From Candidatus Omnitrophota bacterium (GTDB lineage Bacteria > Ratteibacteria > UBA8468 > B48-G9 > DSTR01): a stretch of 34,888 nucleotides of DNA. Position 1 is the stretch's first letter, and every line of letters starts with the position of its first letter. Below the pieces are notes generated by a model that saw only the letters and a list, made by a program, of their open reading frames with translations, did not search any database and was not told the origin of the DNA. Both the position numbers and the translations under genes were made by a program. The DNA lies in the NCBI GenBank assembly GCA_023818865.1, contig JAMWDF010000002.1:1-34888 (forward strand). The letters run 5' to 3'. Shown one piece after another: positions 17,012-25,341 of this stretch.

Positions 17012-18861
17012 CAACCACTCCCTAACCAAGAGTATGCTTCCTCCACTGACCGGGCAATGCCACGGCCAAAGAGGCCATATTTTTCTAAGATTTGCTTTCT
17101 CTGACCATGGCTGACAAAATCGTCAGGCAACCCTAAAACTAAAACTGGAGTTTTTCTCCTTTGCTCTGCCAAATATTCCAGTACAGCAGCTCCAAAACCT
17201 CCCACCCGGGAGTTTTCTTCTACGGTGACCACCAGCTGCCTCTTGCCTAACAACAATCTCTTAACCTCATCGCTTAGTGGTTTCACCTGATCCACTGCTA
17301 CTGCTGAGACTGAAAGTTCCTTGGTTTGAAGCAATTGGCTGGCCGTGAAACATTCCTCGGCCAGACTACCCAGTCCCAGAATCAGTACCTCTGCTTCTTC
17401 CCCGGAACCAAAAGATTGAGGCATATTTTCTGGGAGGTAAGCGCGGGGATAACGGATGGCTGAAGGAATTTTTTCCCGCAAACACTGGTGCAGGCACTTT
17501 CCCAAATTTTCTAAGCTGTAGGGAGCAAAGAGACGCAGCCGGGGAATAGTTCGGAGATAGGAAAGGTCATACATTCCCTGGTGGGTTGCTCCATCTTCTC
17601 CCACCACGCCGGCTCTATCCACCAGAAAAACCACCGGCAGTCCTTGAAGACAGACATCATGCCAGATTTGGTCATAGGCCCGTTGAAGAAAGGTACTGTA
17701 GATAGCCACTACCGGTCGTAACCCGACTTTCGCCAATCCGCTGGCTAAGGTAACACAGTGACTTTCAGCAATTCCCACATCCAGGAACCTCTCGGGAAAC
17801 CGAAGGGAAAAATCCTCCAACTCCAGCCCTTTTTCCATTGCCGCGGTAAGAACCACCAGCGTGTCATCATGACTGGCTATCTCCTCCAACGTCTTGGCGA
17901 CATAAGCTGAGGGAGTGGGCCCATTTTTTTCCATGGGGTGACCAGTCTTTATGTCAAACGGCCCTACCCCATGAAAATTCTCCGGATGCTCTTCTGCCGG
18001 CCGATAGCCTTTTCCTTTCTTAGTAACGACGTGAAGTAAAACCGGCTCATTGATTTCCTGGAGATTAGTTAGAATTTCCACTAATTGGCGCAGGTCATGA
18101 CCATCAATCGGCCCCAGATACCGCAGCCCCAGTTTTTCAAAGAAAACGCCTGGGACTAGAAGTTCCTTCGTTTTGGTTTCCAATTCCTCGGCCAGACGAA
18201 GAAGGTCATCACCAATATTCGGTATTTTTCGCAAAGCCTGATGAAGTTCTTGTTTCTGCCGGGTTATCCGAGGAGAGGTTACCAGCCGGGTAAGATAATA
18301 AGAGAGTGCCCCCCGGGTGGGGGAGATGGACATCTTGTTATCATTCAGAATTACCAGGAGTTTTTTCCGGCTGGCTCCCAGAAAATTCAGCCCCTCAAAG
18401 GTCAATCCATTGGTCAAGGACCCATCGCCGATTACCGCAATAATCCGGTGGTTGCTTTTGAGACTTTCTTCTCCCAGAGAGAGGCCAGTTGCTTGAGAGA
18501 CGGCGGTGCCGGCATGTCCGGTGAAAAAGATGTCTGCTTGGCTTTCTTCCGGGCAAGGGAAACCACTCAAGCCTCCTGTCTGTCTCAGGGTAAGGAAGAA
18601 ATCCTTTCGGTTGGTGAGAATTTTATGTGTATAACACTGATGTCCTACATCAAACACGAGTTTATCAGGGGGAATGGTGAAAACCCGATGAATGGCGATG
18701 GTTAATTCAATCGCTCCCAGGTTAGAAGCCAAGTGTCCGCCATTTCTGGCTACCACCTCAATAATCAAATTTCTGATTTCTTCAGCCAGGTCCTCCAACT
18801 CCCTGAGGGTTAGCCTTTTCAGCGTATGCTTGTCTTCTGATACTTGATCAAGGAGGGACAT
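17011..18861 (-). CDS. dxs: 1-deoxy-D-xylulose-5-phosphate synthase
   Basis: Diagnostic blocks are GGHLASNLGAIELTIAIHRVF, DKLVFDVGHQCYTHKILT, the ThDP motif GDGSLTNG and EDGATHQG. The track start at 18870 is a TTG; ATG 18861 (MSLLDQ...) is more likely. The start is uncertain by 9 nt. Confidence 0.9.
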   Translation of the reverse strand: MSLLDQVSEDKHTLKRLTLRELEDLAEEIRNLIIEVVARNGGHLASNLGAIELTIAIHRVFTIPPDKLVFDVGHQCYTHKILTNRKDFFLTLRQTGGLSGFPCPEESQADIFFTGHAGTAVSQATGLSLGEESLKSNHRIIAVIGDGSLTNGLTFEGLNFLGASRKKLLVILNDNKMSISPTRGALSYYLTRLVTSPRITRQKQELHQALRKIPNIGDDLLRLAEELETKTKELLVPGVFFEKLGLRYLGPIDGHDLRQLVEILTNLQEINEPVLLHVVTKKGKGYRPAEEHPENFHGVGPFDIKTGHPMEKNGPTPSAYVAKTLEEIASHDDTLVVLTAAMEKGLELEDFSLRFPERFLDVGIAESHCVTLASGLAKVGLRPVVAIYSTFLQRAYDQIWHDVCLQGLPVVFLVDRAGVVGEDGATHQGMYDLSYLRTIPRLRLFAPYSLENLGKCLHQCLREKIPSAIRYPRAYLPENMPQSFGSGEEAEVLILGLGSLAEECFTASQLLQTKELSVSAVAVDQVKPLSDEVKRLLLGKRQLVVTVEENSRVGGFGAAVLEYLAEQRRKTPVLVLGLPDDFVSHGQRKQILEKYGLFGRGIARSVEEAYSWLGSG

Positions 18862-18873
18862 AACTGTCAACGA

Positions 18874-20232
18874 TTATTTTCTCAATTCCTTGATTATTTC
18901 CTGAACAGCTTGGTCAACTTCCTCATTGTACTTCAGCTCCAGAGATTTTGACCACCATAAGATTGCCTTATGAATGTCTTGTTTCTGTCGGTAAAGATAG
19001 CCCAGGTGTTCAAATATTTCCGGGTCCTGTTCCAGAGAGGCGGCTTTAAGAAGAAGTTTTTCCGCCTGTTGGCTATTGCCCATGAGGAAGTAGGCCCAGC
19101 CCAGACTGTCCAAGAAAGCACCGTTGTCTGGTTCTATTTCGCAGGCTTTTTTAATCAGGGAAAATGCTTCCTGCAATTTTTCTGGAGGTAGGTTTTTTTT
19201 CAGGAGGTAGGAATAACCAAGATAGTTCAAAGCCATGGCATTCTCGGGATTCAGTTCAATTGCTTTTTTCATCGCGGTTTCCATCCGCTCGGTGTCTTTC
19301 ATTTTGTCGTAAGTCACCCCCAGGGTGAAATAAGCCTGGCTGGTCGGTTCAATCTCCAGGCCCTTTTTCACATACTCTTCGGCTCTCTGGTACTCCTTCT
19401 CTTCCAGGGCTATAGAGCCTAACATCTGGTAGAATTCCGCCCGATTTACCCCGTTTTTCAATCCCTCTTGGAGGATTCCTTTGACCGCTTCCAGGTCATT
19501 TTTTCTGGCATAGATTCCTTGGAGAAGAAGATAGGGAAGATGATTTTTCGGATTTACCTGGATAAGGCGGCGGTAAAGAGTTTCTGCCTGATCGGTTCGG
19601 TTGGTTCTTTCGTAAAGCAAACCGAGAGCCATGGTGGCTTGATGAAAGTTAGGGGAAAGTTCCAATGCCCGGAGGAATTCTTTTTCTGCCTGTTGCTCCT
19701 GGCCGAGTTTTTCCAACACGGTGGCGTAGTTAAAATGAAGCAGAGGATTTCTTCTATTTTCCTCAAGTAAAATCTGGTAGTGTTTGGCTGCTTCTGAGTA
19801 GTCGCCACTAGCCACCAGCAGGTCACTTAAAATCATTCTTACCGAGCTCGCTCCTGGGTCAATCTCCAAACCTTTCTTCAGATAAGAGATAGCCTGGGTG
19901 TTTTCCTTTTTCTGATAATATAGCAGTCCCATTCCGAAAAGGGCCTGGGCGCTTTCCGGGTCAATCTGCAAGGCTTTGGCAAAGTGTTTCTCCGCCGCTT
20001 TAAAATCCTTTTTTTTCAGGGCTAACTGGCCAAGTTTTGTCTGAAGGTAACCCACATTGGCGCCTTTCTCCGTCGCCTTCTGGAAAGCCGTGGCTGCTAG
20101 CTCATTTTCCTTCTGGCTTTCGTGGAGAAGACCCCGCACATAAATCTTTAACGCCTCTTCTTTCTTAGCCAGAGGTAACTGGCAGCAACCAGCCAGAATA
20201 CTTACACCCACCACCATCAACCCGGTTTTCAT
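18874..20232 (-). CDS. TPR-repeat lipoprotein
   Basis: GAGGGGGTTGG-ATG start. MKTGLMVVGVSILAGCC has the lipobox LAGC. Repeated 34-aa TPR-like units are visible throughout (A..F.KAL.IDP....A....G..Y). Confidence 0.7.
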   Translation of the reverse strand: MKTGLMVVGVSILAGCCQLPLAKKEEALKIYVRGLLHESQKENELAATAFQKATEKGANVGYLQTKLGQLALKKKDFKAAEKHFAKALQIDPESAQALFGMGLLYYQKKENTQAISYLKKGLEIDPGASSVRMILSDLLVASGDYSEAAKHYQILLEENRRNPLLHFNYATVLEKLGQEQQAEKEFLRALELSPNFHQATMALGLLYERTNRTDQAETLYRRLIQVNPKNHLPYLLLQGIYARKNDLEAVKGILQEGLKNGVNRAEFYQMLGSIALEEKEYQRAEEYVKKGLEIEPTSQAYFTLGVTYDKMKDTERMETAMKKAIELNPENAMALNYLGYSYLLKKNLPPEKLQEAFSLIKKACEIEPDNGAFLDSLGWAYFLMGNSQQAEKLLLKAASLEQDPEIFEHLGYLYRQKQDIHKAILWWSKSLELKYNEEVDQAVQEIIKELRK

Positions 20233-20258
20233 CCAACCCCCTCAAAAGGAAGGTCTGG

Positions 20259-20354
20259 TTATCTTTTTCTCTTCTTGTGGCGCAAAGCCTTCCGTCTTTT
20301 CTTCCTCTTGTGAGTTTTCACCTTGCGCAGTTTGCGCTTCCTTCCACACGGCAT
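20259..20354 (-). CDS. 31-aa highly basic protein, AURKAIP1/COX24-domain (bS22-like small ribosomal protein) candidate
   Basis: Below the track length cutoff. The minus strand reads AGGAGG-AATGAAT-ATG CCG TGT GGA AGG AAG..., translating to MPCGRKRKLRKVKTHKRKKRRKALRHKKRKR* with a TAA at 20261-20259. A perfect SD lies 7 nt upstream. The K.K.HK.KKR.K core resembles mycobacterial bS22 ([25 protein letters not shown]...). Confidence 0.55.
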   Translation of the reverse strand: MPCGRKRKLRKVKTHKRKKRRKALRHKKRKR

Positions 20355-20378
20355 ATTCATTCCTCCTGCTTAGGCACT

Positions 20379-21269
20379 CTAATAAATCACTTTATGCAAA
20401 GGATATTCCACAATACCTTGGGCCCCAAGTTTTTTTAGCCTGGGGATGAGATGCTTAGCCTCTTCCCGGTCAACAATTGTTTCCAGAGCGCACCACTCTG
20501 GATCAGTTAATTGGGAAATGGTGGGGTTCTTCATCGCTGGCAGAATCTTCAGAAGTTGATTAAGATTCTTTTTCTCCACATTCATTTTCAAGCCAACTTT
20601 CCTTTCTCCAATGAGAGCTCCCTGAAGAAGGAGAGCTAGATTCTCTATTTTTTCTCTCTTCCACTGGTTCCGCCAGGCTGCCTGATTGGCGATCAGTCTT
20701 GGTGTGGAAGTCATCACTACCTCAACAATCCTTAGGTGATGGGAAAAGAGAGTAGAGCCGGTTTCGGTAATTTCCACAATGGCATCTACCAGAGGCCCGG
20801 CTTTAATCTCTGTGGCGCCATAGGAAAATTCCACCTCAGCTTTCACCCGGTGTTTCTTGAGGTAATCCCGAGTGACATTGACCAGCTCAGTGGCAATTCT
20901 CTTGCCAGCCAGGTCCCTCACCGACTTCACCGGTGAGTTTTCCGGAACAGCCAGAACTATCTTTACTGGTCTTAACCCTTGCTTAGCATAAATCAATTCA
21001 GAAACTTCCACCACCTTGGCTCTGTTTTCCCTTATCCAGTCTTTTCCGGAGATGCCCACATCAAAAGCCCCCAGTTCCACATAGTGCGGAATTTCTTGGG
21101 CACGCAGCATAACGGCTTCAATCTCCGGGTCGTCAATAGAAAGAAAGTAACTTCTCGCATTAGCCGAGATTTCAAACCCGGCATGCTGAAAAAGGGTCAA
21201 GGTGGCTTCCTGAAGGGAACCCTTGGGTAGAACCAACTTAAGTTTCTTCTGGAGTGGCGGCAATTTCAC
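20379..21269 (-). CDS. hisG: ATP phosphoribosyltransferase, long form
   Basis: LKLVLPKGSLQEATLTLFQHAGF, GAFDVGISGKDW, KRIATELVNVTRDYL and DAIVEITETGSTL are present, plus a C-terminal regulatory domain (LKMNV...PTISQL..........IV). The 21269 start is a GTG that overlaps accA by 32 nt. TTG 21236 is an alternative start. Confidence 0.85.
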   Translation of the reverse strand: MKLPPLQKKLKLVLPKGSLQEATLTLFQHAGFEISANARSYFLSIDDPEIEAVMLRAQEIPHYVELGAFDVGISGKDWIRENRAKVVEVSELIYAKQGLRPVKIVLAVPENSPVKSVRDLAGKRIATELVNVTRDYLKKHRVKAEVEFSYGATEIKAGPLVDAIVEITETGSTLFSHHLRIVEVVMTSTPRLIANQAAWRNQWKREKIENLALLLQGALIGERKVGLKMNVEKKNLNQLLKILPAMKNPTISQLTDPEWCALETIVDREEAKHLIPRLKKLGAQGIVEYPLHKVIY

Positions 21270-22224
21270 GGAAAACCCCCATTTTTTTGTATTTCTGATA
21301 ACGGATTTCCACCAGTTGCTCCGCTTTTATGGTTCTTAATTCAGTCAGATGTTTACGCAAGACCTTAGCTAAGAGTTCTGCCGCCTTCTGCGGTTCGCGA
21401 TGAGCCCCGCCTGAAGGCTCTGGCACTACTTCATCAATCACCCCTAATTGCAGTAGTTCAGGGGCAGTCAGTTTCAAGGCTCTGGCGGCTTCTTCTATCT
21501 CCGGTAAATTTTTACTTCTCCAGAGAATGGAGGCGCAACCTTCCGGAGAGATAACCGAATAGATAGCATACTCCTGCATCAACACCCGATCACCCAGGGC
21601 GATACCAAGAGCCCCTCCGCTGCCTCCTTCCCCAATAATGGTTACCAGAATCGGGGTTTCAAGCCCAGCCATTACCTGCAAATTGGTGGCAATCGCCAGT
21701 GCCTGACCGCGTTCCTCGGCGGCCATATCCGGATGGGCTCCTGAAGTGTCAACAAAGGTTAACACCGGCAGGCGAAGTTTTTCTGCTAATTTCATTAGTC
21801 TTCTGGCTTTCCGGTAGCCTTCGGGATGAGCCATGCCAAACTTTCTTTGGAGATTCTCTTTAGTGTCTGCCCCTTTTTGCTGTCCGACTACCACGACCGA
21901 GGTTCCTTCAAACTTGGCCAGGCCGGCAATCACCGCTGGATCGTCCCCAAAGACCCGGTCTCCGTGCAGCTCCAGAAATTCTTCAAAGATAAATTTAATG
22001 TAGTCCAGAGTATGGGGCCGGCTGGGATGTCTGGCTAGCTGTACCTTCTGAAAGGGAGTGAGGGAGGAGAAGATTTGCTCAGTGGTTTCCGCCAGTTTTT
22101 GCTGGAGACGAATTATCTCAGTCTGAGTATCCTCAAAATTTTGCTGTTTTCTGATCTGGAGATGAGCCAGCTCTTTTTCAATGGCTTCCAGGGGTTTTTC
22201 AAAAGGTAGATATTTGCGTTCCAT
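21238..22224 (-). CDS. accA: Acetyl-CoA carboxylase carboxyltransferase alpha subunit
   Basis: LPFEKPLEAIEKELAHLQ, RHPSRPHTLDYI, FGMAHPEGYRKA.RLM.LAEK, PVLTFVDTSGA and GEGGSGGALG are present. The track start at 22239 is a TTG; ATG 22224 (MERKYLPFEKPL) fits the family N-terminus. Confidence 0.9.
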   Translation of the reverse strand: MERKYLPFEKPLEAIEKELAHLQIRKQQNFEDTQTEIIRLQQKLAETTEQIFSSLTPFQKVQLARHPSRPHTLDYIKFIFEEFLELHGDRVFGDDPAVIAGLAKFEGTSVVVVGQQKGADTKENLQRKFGMAHPEGYRKARRLMKLAEKLRLPVLTFVDTSGAHPDMAAEERGQALAIATNLQVMAGLETPILVTIIGEGGSGGALGIALGDRVLMQEYAIYSVISPEGCASILWRSKNLPEIEEAARALKLTAPELLQLGVIDEVVPEPSGGAHREPQKAAELLAKVLRKHLTELRTIKAEQLVEIRYQKYKKMGVFREIAATPEET

Positions 22225-22235
22225 TTCAACCTGAT

Positions 22236-22526
22236 TCAAATAACTCGGGGTACCTTGAAAAAATTGTCGCTTTTTTCTGGCGCATTAGCTAGGGTTTCCT
22301 CCGGAGAAAGAGAAGCAACCACCTTATCCTCCCGCCAGACATTGGTTGGGGGCAAAACATGGTAGGTCGGTTCCACGGCTGTGGTATCAATCGCTTCCAG
22401 TTGGGATACGTACTCCAAAATCTGCTCCAGGTCCTTCTCCAGCCTGATAGCCTCCTCCTCGGTAAGGGCTATCCTGGCTAAATTGGCAAGATATTTCACC
22501 TCTTCAGTGGTTACTTTTTTCCCCAT
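22236..22526 (-). CDS. gatC: Asp-tRNA(Asn)/Glu-tRNA(Gln) amidotransferase subunit C
   Basis: 96 aa. VKYLANLARIALTEEEAIRLEKDLEQILEYVSQLEAIDTTAVEPT is the GatC signature. Confidence 0.85.
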   Translation of the reverse strand: MGKKVTTEEVKYLANLARIALTEEEAIRLEKDLEQILEYVSQLEAIDTTAVEPTYHVLPPTNVWREDKVVASLSPEETLANAPEKSDNFFKVPRVI

Positions 22527-22532
22527 ACCTAT

Positions 22533-22561
22533 AGTTTAGGCGACAAACTAACTTCCGTCAA
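22533..22561 (-). promoter_or_regulatory. Sigma70-type promoter for gatC (TTGACG-17-TAAACT); geometry predicts a leaderless mRNA
   Basis: The minus strand reads TTGACG-GAAGTTAGTTTGTCGCC-TAAACT-ATAGGT-ATG. Only 6 nt separate the -10 from the gatC ATG (22526), and there is no SD. Confidence 0.5.
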
Positions 22562-22566
22562 AAAGA

Positions 22567-22595
22567 TTGCCTGGCAGGTATACTGGTGATAGGAT
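22567..22595 (+). promoter_or_regulatory. Candidate divergent promoter for the plus-strand amidohydrolase/GRE operon (TTGCCT-17-TAGGAT)
   Basis: The plus strand reads TTGCCT-ggcaggtatactggtga-TAGGAT. Its -35 lies 5 nt from the gatC -35 on the other strand. It is a weaker match than the other promoters. Confidence 0.3.
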
Positions 22596-22796
22596 ATAGA
22601 GGAAAATATGAAGGGCCAATCGTTACGCCAGTCCCTGGCCAACGGAGAAGTTTTTCTGGGAATAGGCCAAGCTTATGCCGAGGCGGGCATTCTGGAAATG
22701 ATGGTTATTCTTAAAACCCTAGGCTAAAGCCAAACTGGAGGAAGGGACTGAGGTTCTCTCAAAAAGGAGCGGCTAAGCTGATACAAAGAAGGGAAA

Positions 22797-23681
22797 ATGC
22801 TCATTGATTTTCACGCTCATATTGGCCGAGTCTCTCAAGAGAGAAAAGAATCCCTTGAGGCCAGTCAGATAATCTCTCGCTTGGACGAGTGGGGAATAGA
22901 CAAAGCCTGCGTGCTGGCCTTAAGCGAGACACCAGAGGGTAACTACCTGGAAGCTGACACCGAGGATGTTCTCCGGGAATGCAGCCATTTCCCGAAAAGA
23001 CTGATTCCTTTCTGTCTGATTGATCCCCGATTCGGGTTGAACAGCCCGGATATGGACTTTACCTTTCTCCTGGAAGAATATGTAGCCAGGGGTTGCCGGG
23101 GAATAGGAGAATTGCTACCAAAGATGTCTATTGATGACCCGCGGTGCCTCAACCTTTTCCACCAAGCTGGCCGATTTAAATTGCCGGTGGTGATTGACCT
23201 TCACAGTCGGCCAGTTTCCTACGGGCTGGAAGATGCCCCTGGCTTGCCTGGACTGGAGAGGGTTTTGAGAGTGTGTCCGGAAACAATTATTGTCGGGCAT
23301 GGTCCAACCTTCTGGGCTGAGATTTCCGGACAGGTCAGCGCTGAAGAAAGACAGGGCTATCCGTCTGGTCCGGTCAAGCCAGGCGGAGCAGTTCCAAGAT
23401 TGATGAAAACCTACCCTAATTTGTTTGCTGACCTTTCTGCTGGAAGCGGCTACAACGCCTTAACCAGAGACTTGTCTTTTGGCCTTGATTTCCTTGAGGC
23501 TTTCCAGGACAAACTTCTCTTCGGCACAGATTACTGTGTCCGCAGTCATACCAGAAATGAAGTCAAGATAATAGATTTTTTCCATCGGTTGAAGCAGGAA
23601 AAACTTATTTCCCTGGATGCCTGGGAGAAAATCGCCTGGAAAAATGCAGCCAGGTTGTTGAACTATGACCGAAAAAACTGA
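22797..23681 (+). CDS. Amidohydrolase-superfamily (Amidohydro_2/TIM-barrel metal-dependent hydrolase) protein
   Basis: MLIDFHAHIG carries the HxH metal ligands. Further ligands are an internal VVIDLHS, IIVGHG, and a C-terminal LLFGTDY (Asp ligand). 294 aa, no signal peptide. Confidence 0.7.
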   Translation: MLIDFHAHIGRVSQERKESLEASQIISRLDEWGIDKACVLALSETPEGNYLEADTEDVLRECSHFPKRLIPFCLIDPRFGLNSPDMDFTFLLEEYVARGCRGIGELLPKMSIDDPRCLNLFHQAGRFKLPVVIDLHSRPVSYGLEDAPGLPGLERVLRVCPETIIVGHGPTFWAEISGQVSAEERQGYPSGPVKPGGAVPRLMKTYPNLFADLSAGSGYNALTRDLSFGLDFLEAFQDKLLFGTDYCVRSHTRNEVKIIDFFHRLKQEKLISLDAWEKIAWKNAARLLNYDRKN

Positions 23682-25341
23682 CTTAGTGAAAATGATTGCT
23701 TCAGGAATTGCCCAGTTAAAAAGAAGCTATTCTTCAGGGACTGGCCGATTCCTTGACGAGAAAGGTCAATGGACTTTAACCAACCAGGATTTCATCTGGC
23801 CATTAGCCTGGTTTTTTGCCTGCCGGTATCCTGATAATCCCTTTTACCGCTCAAAAGAAATTCTGAACGCGGTCCAAAAAGGAGGGGACGCGATCGCGTC
23901 TTCCCAGGATAAAGACGGTCGGACGGAATTCCTTAAAGCTGACGGTTCTGCCTGGGGGAAAATTTATATGCCCTGGACAATGTTTCACTGGCTGGAGGCT
24001 TTCCGAGTTTGCCAGCCTTTCCTGGAAGAGAAACGAAAAGAAAGATGGAAGAAAGGTTTGCTGGCAGCCTATAGCGGCATCTCCCGGGAACTGAAAACAG
24101 ATCCAATCCATAACATCTCTGCCTGGAAAGCCATGTCTCTTTACCAGGCAGGAAAGGTTTTCTCTCATTCCGGTTGGAAAAAATTGGGCGGTGATTTTAT
24201 GAGAAAAGTGGCTGGAGAAGTTCAGCCAGACGGCTTCTGGCCAGAGGGTTCTGGTCCAACGGTTTCGTATAATACCATCTACCTTCACGCCCTCGGTCTT
24301 TACTATTTTATGTCCCGGGATGATTCTGTCCTTTCTGCCTTGGATAAGGCAACCGAATTTCACCGTCGCTTTTTATATCCGGATGGTTCCCTGGTGGAAA
24401 CCATAGATGGCCGGGTCAAATACCGGGAAGAAGTCTTATCTATCGGCTGGCCTGGTTTATTAACGGAGGGGAAGGGTCAAGGCTTAATCAGTTTTTTGCT
24501 AAAGTGCCTGAAGAGAAAACCTCCGGGAAAAATAGTCTTACCGTATCTAACTTCTGCCCTGGATATCTGGCCAGAAAGCTTTTCTTTGGCTGAACCGGTC
24601 TTCCAGGAAGAAAAGACTTGGCGAGAGGTTTACCGGGGAAAGGCTTGTCTAAGGAAAAAAGGAGATTTTTTTGTCTGCCTTTCTGGGTATGCTCTGAACG
24701 CCCAACAACAGCAGACAAATGCTGAGTCGCGTTGGTTGATGGACCGTTCCTGTTTTGTTTCGGTTTGGCATAGGAGTTGCGGCCTGATTATTTCCGCGGA
24801 TAATTCCAAGAACCAACCAGACTGGGCAAATTTTTCTTTTTGGCAAGGAGCCAGCCGGGGTTTCTCTCCAGTGAAAGCCAGGGTGTTTTCTGAAGACAAG
24901 AAAGATAGGCTCATTCTTGATTTTGGGGGGCCGAGCTGTCAGATAGCCGTTGCTTTCCCTCGCCCAGACAGAGTGGAATTAACTTTCTCTGTGGAGAAAT
25001 TTTCTCATCTCAAGCAGATTCGGGTAGCGGTGCCTTTACGACTTGGTGAAAGGGAGCAGGTCATTATTGGCCAGAGTAGGTTTAAGGTTTCACAGTTGAC
25101 CGAGCAACGGCTCAACCTTAAGACTGGAGAATACTTGAAGACAAAAAACTGGCAAATTTCCAGTCAGTTGCCGGCGTGGTTTTTCTGGCCGGTTTACCCT
25201 TTCAATCCCTATGCTCTCTCGGGTCTAGCCTTGCCTGAGCAAGTCCGGGCTTTCCTGGTCTTCAATCTTACTGCCAATCAACCTGTTAATCCCATTACCC
25301 TAAAGATGCATTCTGCGGTTCAGTCTGATAATCAGAAATGA
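23665..25341 (+). CDS. Hypothetical two-domain protein: helical (alpha/alpha)-toroid-like N-half plus beta-sandwich-like C-half (heparinase II/III-like architecture suspected)
   Basis: 558 aa, no signal peptide. The N-half is rich in W/Y helical repeats (DFIWPLAWFF, WTMFHWLEAF, PDGFWPEGSGPTVSYNTIYLHALGLYYF). The C-half segment RWLMDRSCFVSVWHRSCGLIISADNS is reminiscent of the H.D.LSF.L...G..L..D.G strand pair of heparinase II/III-type lyases. The gene overlaps its upstream neighbour by 17 nt and its downstream neighbour by ATGA. An alternative start is ATG 23692. Confidence 0.35.
   Translation: MTEKTDLVKMIASGIAQLKRSYSSGTGRFLDEKGQWTLTNQDFIWPLAWFFACRYPDNPFYRSKEILNAVQKGGDAIASSQDKDGRTEFLKADGSAWGKIYMPWTMFHWLEAFRVCQPFLEEKRKERWKKGLLAAYSGISRELKTDPIHNISAWKAMSLYQAGKVFSHSGWKKLGGDFMRKVAGEVQPDGFWPEGSGPTVSYNTIYLHALGLYYFMSRDDSVLSALDKATEFHRRFLYPDGSLVETIDGRVKYREEVLSIGWPGLLTEGKGQGLISFLLKCLKRKPPGKIVLPYLTSALDIWPESFSLAEPVFQEEKTWREVYRGKACLRKKGDFFVCLSGYALNAQQQQTNAESRWLMDRSCFVSVWHRSCGLIISADNSKNQPDWANFSFWQGASRGFSPVKARVFSEDKKDRLILDFGGPSCQIAVAFPRPDRVELTFSVEKFSHLKQIRVAVPLRLGEREQVIIGQSRFKVSQLTEQRLNLKTGEYLKTKNWQISSQLPAWFFWPVYPFNPYALSGLALPEQVRAFLVFNLTANQPVNPITLKMHSAVQSDNQK

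Noticed and set aside
18241-18705. A 154-aa plus-strand ORF inside dxs, and plus-strand ORFs inside the TPR, hisG and accA genes (18970..19191, 19468..19770, 20736..20936, 20979..21230, 21826..22038).
   Set aside because: They lie antisense to confidently identified housekeeping genes.
23851-24914. Minus-strand ORFs (170, 76, 94 and 65 aa) inside the 558-aa gene, and 26513..27165 minus or alternate-frame ORFs inside the GRE gene.
   Set aside because: They are embedded in plus-strand genes that are linked by start/stop overlaps. In the GRE case the frame is validated by family motifs.
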